From a virus: a stretch of 64,000 nucleotides of DNA. Position 1 is the first letter of the stretch; the number at the start of each line of letters is the position of its first letter. A model generated the notes under the pieces. That model did no database searches. It had not been told where the DNA came from and saw nothing but the letters and a program-made list of their open reading frames with translations. The stretch covers positions 32,007-96,006 of the IMG/VR virus record IMGVR_UViG_3300044701_002494. One strand, 5' to 3'. Of this stretch, positions 59,172 to 64,000 are shown piece by piece. The translations under genes and the position numbers were made by a program.

Positions 59172-59771
59172 TTATTTTATCCAAAAACCTTTTCTTTTAT
59201 GGTCTACATCTTTAATATAAATGCAATCTTGATAAATTTTATCATTATCTTCTTCCCAGATTGGAATCGCTACTGTATTTCCATATCTAAAATCAGGATT
59301 TCTTCTAAATTGAACCTCAATCAAATGCCCATCAATAAATTCACAATTAATCCATTCATATTTTTTCTTTAAATTCTTTAAAATGTCAGGAAATTCTATT
59401 TTTTTATCAATCTTTTCCCATCTATCCCACTTATAGATGGGATTCTCTTTATTTCTAATTCCTAATACTGTCATATCATGCTGTTGATTATGATAATCGA
59501 CACTTAAATGTTCTCCTTCAAAGATTTCACACCAAAATTCTGATGGATGTATATTATCTGTTCCCTTTTCAATCCATTCCCGACGAGCAAAGCGGCTCAT
59601 TCCAAATAAATTAAAAGAAGGACGGATAATATAAAAGTCGGGTTTGGGAACTGTGGTACCAGCAGGACCACATGTATAACCCAAAACCCGACTCAAAAAC
59701 AATTTATTGTAAACCCAGAGATCTGATGGATGTATTTGATTCCATTCATCATTACACTCCAAGTAATACAT
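59172..59771 (-). CDS. ATP-grasp-like hypothetical protein
   Basis: YIIRPSFNLFGMS, FWCEIFEGEHLSVDY and INCEF..LIEVQFR follow the ATP-grasp motif order. Confidence 0.55.
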   Translation of the reverse strand: MYYLECNDEWNQIHPSDLWVYNKLFLSRVLGYTCGPAGTTVPKPDFYIIRPSFNLFGMSRFARREWIEKGTDNIHPSEFWCEIFEGEHLSVDYHNQQHDMTVLGIRNKENPIYKWDRWEKIDKKIEFPDILKNLKKKYEWINCEFIDGHLIEVQFRRNPDFRYGNTVAIPIWEEDNDKIYQDCIYIKDVDHKRKGFWIK

Positions 59772-59920
59772 TATCCTTTACCTTGACCTCTATACTTCTT
59801 ACGTGCTCCATTACGAGATGATGCAGCATACTTAGTTCCACCACCAGCTCCTTGACGAGACTTTTTAGGTGGACCAGGAATATAAGAACTTTTATTCAAA
59901 CCAACTTTTGATTTAGACAT
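59771..59920 (-). CDS. Gly/Lys/Arg-rich basic peptide (49 aa, not in the ORF track)
   Basis: MSKSKVGLNKSSYIPGPPKKSRQGAGGGTKYAASSRNGARKKYRGQGKG; AGGAGA SD; TAATG coupling to the next gene. Confidence 0.7.
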   Translation of the reverse strand: MSKSKVGLNKSSYIPGPPKKSRQGAGGGTKYAASSRNGARKKYRGQGKG

Positions 59921-59922
59921 AG

Positions 59923-60081
59923 TTAATCTCCTATAATTTCAGTTTCAAGATCTTCTGGTTTTGGAGAACCTGTCTGATAAAATTCTATCGCCAGATCCTC
60001 CATAATATTGAAATATTCTTCTTCTGTAAGTGAGGAATAAATTTTTCTTCCTTTACAAAGAATATTGTATGTATCTGCCAT
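59923..60081 (-). CDS. Small acidic hypothetical protein (52 aa)
   Basis: MADTYNILCKGRKIY...; the ATG at 60081 avoids overlap with the upstream gene. Confidence 0.65.
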   Translation of the reverse strand: MADTYNILCKGRKIYSSLTEEEYFNIMEDLAIEFYQTGSPKPEDLETEIIGD

Positions 60082-60085
60082 CCTA

Positions 60086-60844
60086 TCAAATAATTCTTGT
60101 TTTTTCGTGCCCAACTCTAATACGTGGATCACACCAGATTTCAAATCCTGCTTCCTTTGCATCAAGGCAAAAACTTACATCTTCACCACACATGTCTTGA
60201 ACCTGACCTGATTCAAAAACTTGCATCTTGGGGGCAAACCAAGGATATTTCATTTCAGAATGTTCGAAAACACCATTCTTAATGAGAAGCCATCCAAATC
60301 CAGTATAATCAACCGTAAAAGGTTTTCTCCTCTTTGAAATACTATCTACAGTTTCGTGGTTCATTACACCACCATTATTTCTAAAATCATCTTCTTCTAA
60401 CCAATGCGCCACAGAGGTTGTTCTGCCATCTTCTGTACAATACCATCCAGCAGCAATATCTTTGTCTATTAGAATTAATTGCCAGAATTTTTCGGTATTG
60501 AAAACAATATCCGAATCAATCCAAAGTTGCCAATCGTATTTGAGTTTTCCATCCCACGGAATTTGATCAGGTCCTCGCAAAACGTTCGCACCTAAACATT
60601 TGCATCTTGCAAAATTTACCATTGATGAATAATCTTGCGAGATTTGAATACTAGCTCCGCTTTGAACAAGGTCAAAACAAAGTTGAACAAAGTTCTTAAG
60701 GTAAGTATATGAAACTCCCCTTCCTGGTAAACAGAATACGATTGATTTTCCTCTTACCATTTCTCTTGCCTTTTCATAATCCCATTCAGGTTCATTTGTT
60801 GGGACTGATGGCGCTTTTGCTTTTACTGTAAATCCTTTAGCCAT
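60086..60844 (-). CDS. GT-A/GT2-like glycosyltransferase
   Basis: LWIDSDIVF (DxD), GFGWLLIK..VFE, GEDVSFC, IWCDP...VGH. Confidence 0.75.
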   Translation of the reverse strand: MAKGFTVKAKAPSVPTNEPEWDYEKAREMVRGKSIVFCLPGRGVSYTYLKNFVQLCFDLVQSGASIQISQDYSSMVNFARCKCLGANVLRGPDQIPWDGKLKYDWQLWIDSDIVFNTEKFWQLILIDKDIAAGWYCTEDGRTTSVAHWLEEDDFRNNGGVMNHETVDSISKRRKPFTVDYTGFGWLLIKNGVFEHSEMKYPWFAPKMQVFESGQVQDMCGEDVSFCLDAKEAGFEIWCDPRIRVGHEKTRII

Positions 60845-60866
60845 AATTGAATGATTTTACTTCAAT

Positions 60867-60895
60867 ATCATACAGTATTATCTAGGTGATGTCAA
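60867..60895 (-). promoter_or_regulatory. Consensus sigma70-type promoter
   Basis: TTGACA-17 nt-TATGAT upstream of the glycosyltransferase gene. Confidence 0.8.
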
Positions 60896-61066
60896 CTAAT
60901 CTATTTCTGAGAGGATTATTTCCTCCCCTTCAATAATCATTCTTATCTCAGTATCTTCATACCAAGAAAGTTCATTCACAATCTGCTCAGGTATTGTGAT
61001 ATAATAGTCTCCACTAATTGGATCGACTTTAAGAGATTCAAAAATTTCTCCGGAATTTTTTTTCAT
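60896..61066 (-). CDS. AbrB/MazE/SpoVT-like DNA-binding protein (56 aa, not in the ORF track)
   Basis: MKKNSGEIFESLKVDPISGDYYITIPEQIVNELSWYEDTEIRMIIEGEEIILSEID; itIP..i...L.w..d.i pattern. Confidence 0.65.
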   Translation of the reverse strand: MKKNSGEIFESLKVDPISGDYYITIPEQIVNELSWYEDTEIRMIIEGEEIILSEID

Positions 61067-61119
61067 TCGGTGTATTTTATTTTTGAAATTATATATACCC
61101 CCTTTACAAATATTTTAAG

Positions 61120-61199
61120 TGTTATAATTAGATGCCTTTCGTAACACTTTATAGTTTAGGGTAGTTATGCGTTTTTATATTACGGGCATCCTTATAACA
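61120..61199. other. Long imperfect inverted repeat at the AT/GC boundary
   Basis: Nested pairings TGTTATAA/TTATAACA, GATGCC/GGCATC and CGTAA/TTACG around a 35-nt loop. Confidence 0.7.
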
Positions 61200-61276
61200 T
61201 CACGCCCCCGCAGGGGGGCGGCGGAGGGATGGGGGCACTGCCGATCACGAACGAACGCACGTGCCCCCCACACGCC

Positions 61277-61519
61277 TTAGAAGCGAACTGCCAGGTGAGA
61301 GTGTCCCACACGATCTGCCAGGCGATCACGGGCGGCTGCGATGCGGTCGGCACGATGCTGTGCCTTTGCTGCAGCGATGGCAGCGTCAAGGTCTGCCACC
61401 ATACAGGCACCCAACCCACGGGCACGGGTGAAGGTCATCCCACCGCCGCTGCTGCAACGAAGCGCCTGCCCTTTGCCGTTGCTGTCGGTAGAACGAATGT
61501 TGCCGATTGCCTTTGCCAT
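61277..61519 (-). CDS. Small hypothetical protein (80 aa)
   Basis: MAKAIGNIRS...; TATGAT -10 just upstream supports a start at 61519 rather than 61732. Confidence 0.6.
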   Translation of the reverse strand: MAKAIGNIRSTDSNGKGQALRCSSGGGMTFTRARGLGACMVADLDAAIAAAKAQHRADRIAAARDRLADRVGHSHLAVRF

Positions 61520-61586
61520 TGTGGTGTGGTTGTGAACGATGGAATCATAGCACGGGGGCAGGCGGTGCCCACCCCCACGAACGGGG

Positions 61587-61769
61587 TCACCCCCACTGAA
61601 TGCCACGAACGTCGGAGGCGAAGCGATCGGAGTAGATGCCCGCCAACCACCAACCCTCAGAGGGGTTGATCTGTCCAGCGAAACGAAACTGGGGGGCATC
61701 ATCGGTCTTGCGGGCAACCCACATGATCTCACGGGTTTCCAGGTTTGAGCAGGCGGAGTAGATTGCCAT
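61587..61769 (-). CDS. Small hypothetical protein
   Basis: 60 aa downstream of a TTGACC/TAGAAT cassette. Confidence 0.65.
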   Translation of the reverse strand: MAIYSACSNLETREIMWVARKTDDAPQFRFAGQINPSEGWWLAGIYSDRFASDVRGIQWG

Positions 61770-61838
61770 CGGATCGGTTGCGGTTGCTTTGGAATTCTAC
61801 AGGGTCAGGGGGCGGATGGTCAACCCGCCCCGTAGGGT

Positions 61839-62027
61839 TCAGCGGATCGGAACGTAAGCGACGCTCACCTCAACGTAGAGGGGTTCGTCGGTATTGAAGT
61901 CGTCCATCCGCTCCCGTAGCACCGCTGCCTCTGCCTCTGCCTTCTCAGCGGAAGCGTAGAGGGCGAACAGTTCGGGACGGTCGTAGTAGTCGTTGCCCGT
62001 GGTGAAGATGGCGTATGCTTCGGTCAT
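61839..62027 (-). CDS. Small hypothetical protein
   Basis: 62 aa; own promoter cassette. Confidence 0.65.
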   Translation of the reverse strand: MTEAYAIFTTGNDYYDRPELFALYASAEKAEAEAAVLRERMDDFNTDEPLYVEVSVAYVPIR

Positions 62028-62081
62028 CGGTTCAGGTGGGGGTGTGAACTGAGAGAATTCTACAGGGTCAGGGGGCAGGGG

Positions 62082-62264
62082 TCAATACCCCAGCCACACC
62101 AGGAACTCACCAGCATCGACCCCACCGAAAGCAGAGGTCGTGCCATAGTCGGTGCGGAAGTCATCCCACAGACCGTGCTGCTTGGCAGCGTGTGCCGCTT
62201 CAATCCAATAGATGGTGCCATTCTCAGGGTTGGTGATTTCAGCGATCAGGTCGGGGAAGGTCAT
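62082..62264 (-). CDS. Small hypothetical protein
   Basis: 60 aa ending EFLVWLGY; own promoter cassette. Confidence 0.65.
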   Translation of the reverse strand: MTFPDLIAEITNPENGTIYWIEAAHAAKQHGLWDDFRTDYGTTSAFGGVDAGEFLVWLGY

Positions 62265-62331
62265 CGGGTTCAGGTGTGAACTGGAATCAGTATAGCAGGT
62301 CGGGGGCAGGGGTCAACCTGCCCCGTAGGGG

Positions 62332-62493
62332 TCAGCGCCCGTCAGTGTAGTCTCCGATGATCACTCCATTGCAGCGGACCTGAGCGTATCCGTATTCCTC
62401 AGAGAGGTCAAGGCAGAGCAACCATGCACGGTCCTCATCAGTGGTGGTGTTCTCCCAAGGGGCGGAGGGGCAGATCACGTCGTAGCGGGTCAT
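62332..62493 (-). CDS. Small hypothetical protein (53 aa, not in the ORF track)
   Basis: MTRYDVICPSAPWENTTTDEDRAWLLCLDLSEEYGYAQVRCNGVIIGDYTDGR. Confidence 0.65.
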   Translation of the reverse strand: MTRYDVICPSAPWENTTTDEDRAWLLCLDLSEEYGYAQVRCNGVIIGDYTDGR

Positions 62494-62562
62494 CGGTCTT
62501 TGTCTGAACTGAGATCAGTATAGAGGGTGAGAGGGGGCAGGCGATGCCCCCGATGTGCCAGT

Positions 62563-62760
62563 TCAGAGTTTGGCAAGGAGTGCGTTGGCGATCTTATCAG
62601 CAGCGCCCTGCAGGTTGTCACGGACGATCAGGCGAAGGATCTCAGCGCCGTCAGGGGTGGAGTGCATTTGGCGGATCATGCTAGGGGTGAAGCAGTCCCA
62701 CGTGATCACGTCAGCAGTCTGCAGGAGTTGGGCTTCGGTGTTAGAGATGGTGTGGGTCAT
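62563..62760 (-). CDS. Small hypothetical protein
   Basis: 65 aa; own promoter cassette. Confidence 0.65.
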   Translation of the reverse strand: MTHTISNTEAQLLQTADVITWDCFTPSMIRQMHSTPDGAEILRLIVRDNLQGAADKIANALLAKL

Positions 62761-62830
62761 CGGTCTTTGTCTGAACTGAGATCAGTATAGAGGCAAAAGG
62801 GAAGGGGTGTCCCCCTCCGTTGTGCCACTA

Positions 62831-62965
62831 TCAGAATTGGATTTCCTGGTCGGTGGGTTCGCCTGCAGGGGCAGTATCATCGGCGGCGATCGTTTCCAGG
62901 ACCTGCAGCAGTTCGGTGCCAGTGGTGGCACGGTTCAGCAGGGAGGCAGCGAGGTCAGCAGTCAT
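62831..62965 (-). CDS. Small hypothetical protein (44 aa, not in the ORF track)
   Basis: MTADLAASLLNRATTGTELLQVLETIAADDTAPAGEPTDQEIQF. Confidence 0.6.
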   Translation of the reverse strand: MTADLAASLLNRATTGTELLQVLETIAADDTAPAGEPTDQEIQF

Positions 62966-63024
62966 TAGAGTCAGAAGGTTATGGTTTGTTGGGCGTCTTT
63001 AAGGGCGCACCCGCTCCCATTGTA

Positions 63025-63153
63025 TCAGTCAGCGATCAACATGTCATCATCCCACTCGCAGCAGGTCTCCAGATAGAGATCGATTTCCTCTGCAGTCCAG
63101 CACTCAGGCATCTCATCGATCTGAGGGGCATCGGTGAAGTAAAGAGCGGTCAT
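63025..63153 (-). CDS. Small, highly acidic protein (42 aa, not in the ORF track)
   Basis: MTALYFTDAPQIDEMPECWTAEEIDLYLETCCEWDDDMLIAD; own promoter cassette. Confidence 0.6.
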   Translation of the reverse strand: MTALYFTDAPQIDEMPECWTAEEIDLYLETCCEWDDDMLIAD

Positions 63154-63225
63154 CGGGTTCGGGTGGTGAACTGAGAGAATTGTAGAGTAGCTTAGGGTCC
63201 TGATCAGGACCCTTGTGCCAGTGCC

Positions 63226-63408
63226 TCAGGCGGTTGCTAAGGCGGATTCCATCTTAACTTCTTTGGTGTCGATTAGAGCATAATCAAAGTCACCTTCTTC
63301 CAGTTTCTTGGCATATGCTTCGGCAGCAGACTTACAATCAAAGAGGCACAGGGAATCGAAGGATTCACCTTCATAATCCCAACCACCGATCACTGCGTAG
63401 ACTTTCAT
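63226..63408 (-). CDS. Small hypothetical protein
   Basis: 60 aa MKVYAVIGGWDYEGE...; own promoter cassette. Confidence 0.7.
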   Translation of the reverse strand: MKVYAVIGGWDYEGESFDSLCLFDCKSAAEAYAKKLEEGDFDYALIDTKEVKMESALATA

Positions 63409-63452
63409 CGGGTTGCCTTGTGAACTGAGATCAGTATAGGGGGTCAGGGGGG

Positions 63453-63641
63453 TCAGATGGCGGCGATCTGTTCCAGTTCCTCAACTGTCACAGGGTTCCA
63501 GGTGCTGAACAGGGTGACGGCATTCAGAACCCGCCCCATCGTCTCAAGATCGGTCTGGGGGTCATCCAGCACGTGATCCATGCCAATGCTCATCAGGCGG
63601 TGAATCACGGCGTAGGTTTCCTTACTGATGGTGATCTCCAT
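63453..63641 (-). CDS. Small hypothetical protein
   Basis: 62 aa; own promoter cassette. Confidence 0.6.
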   Translation of the reverse strand: MEITISKETYAVIHRLMSIGMDHVLDDPQTDLETMGRVLNAVTLFSTWNPVTVEELEQIAAI

Positions 63642-63674
63642 AGGGTCCGTTGCGGTTGAGATCAGTATAGAGGG

Positions 63675-63842
63675 TCATCGGGCGATCAGGTCGCCTGCAG
63701 TGTACAGTGCCTGAGATGTCACAGTGCGGATGGGTTGCATCGGACCCCAGAACGTGTAGAGCAGAGCACCAACGATCACAAGACGGAACATGGTAGCACG
63801 ATGGAAGTCTGGGGTCCGGGAGCGGGTCAGGGTTCGGATCAT
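63675..63842 (-). CDS. Small putative membrane protein (55 aa, not in the ORF track)
   Basis: MIRTLTRSRTPDFHRATMFRLVIVGALLYTFWGPMQPIRTVTSQALYTAGDLIAR; ATGA coupling to the upstream ORF. Confidence 0.6.
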   Translation of the reverse strand: MIRTLTRSRTPDFHRATMFRLVIVGALLYTFWGPMQPIRTVTSQALYTAGDLIAR

Positions 63843-64000
63843 CGCTCTAACTGTGCCAGGGAAGACGGAGCGATGTGAGAGGGAGAACCACAGGAGCGGT
63901 AGAACTCTACCATACGGTCAGCTTCCTCCTTGGTGGTAAACCACTGAGAGCGCCACTCACAGGAGTTGTAGGGGGTTTGGTAACGGACTTCGAAGCGCAT
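63839..64000 (-). CDS. Small hypothetical protein (53 aa, ATG at the window edge)
   Basis: MRFEVRYQTPYNSCEWRSQWFTTKEEADRMVEFYRSCGSPSHIAPSSLAQLER. Confidence 0.6.
   Translation of the reverse strand: MRFEVRYQTPYNSCEWRSQWFTTKEEADRMVEFYRSCGSPSHIAPSSLAQLER

Larger units (their letters stand above)
61791..63723 (-). repeat. Dispersed promoter/stem-loop/leader repeats (PeSL-like), at least 8 copies
   Basis: Minus-strand TA(T/G/C)A(C/A)T-GATCTCAGTTCA-like units at about 61791, 62045, 62277, 62505, 62772, 63167, 63421 and 63656; exact 40-nt direct repeat 62487-62526/62754-62793. Confidence 0.85.

Noticed and set aside
61192-63174. Overlapping alternative ORFs in the GC-rich region (61192-61425, 61229-61669, 61435-61653, 62527-62790, 62555-62779, 62820-63002, 62986-63174)
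   Set aside because: Expected by chance at high GC; they cross promoter cassettes and lack the shared leader
61791-63723. Repeat array as a CRISPR array or true integron attC array
   Set aside because: Repeats are degenerate and irregularly spaced, contain promoter boxes and are separated by full ORFs; no cas or integrase gene in the window
61200-64000. GC-rich end as host contamination or a chimeric join
   Set aside because: It shares the 24-bp palindrome/-10 architecture with cassettes at 5.5 and 7.9 kb and keeps the same coding strand; read support would still be a useful check
1-64000. tRNA, rRNA and photosynthesis genes (psbA, hli)
   Set aside because: None recognisable; intergenic gaps are short and accounted for by promoters and terminators

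Overview
This is a 64 kb segment of a T4-like cyanomyovirus genome, probably a freshwater Synechococcus/Cyanobium-type phage (host is inference). All credible genes lie on the minus strand. Reading in the direction of transcription: (1) 61.2-64 kb is a GC-rich array of 42-80 aa ORFs, most with their own promoter/stem-loop cassette. (2) 58.5-61.1 kb is an accessory cluster: AbrB-like protein, GT2-like glycosyltransferase, basic peptide, ATP-grasp-like protein and SpeD. (3) The AT-rich virion module runs gp25, gp6, gp7, gp8, VrlC-like, gp13-gp23 and gp3. (4) Recombination, late-transcription and replication genes follow: uvsY, uvsW, gp55, gp47, gp46, a VWA-peptidase/CobS-like AAA pair, gp45, DenV-like, gp44, Dam-like MTase and gp62. 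I saw no tRNA, rRNA or CRISPR array. Most notable observations: two mutually exclusive promoter classes, one defined by a 24-bp palindrome about 30 nt upstream of the -10; an HNH insertion that left a stranded gp17 start; an I-TevI-style hairpin/late-promoter switch before a GIY-YIG gene; an apparent ACG start for gp15; an RlpA-like enzyme with a capsid-targeting-like leader; an unannotated NblA-like ORF; a C/REase/MTase-like triplet; a SpeD/ATP-grasp/peptide/glycosyltransferase cluster; and a long hairpin at the GC boundary. All family assignments are by eye from motifs and synteny; no searches were run.
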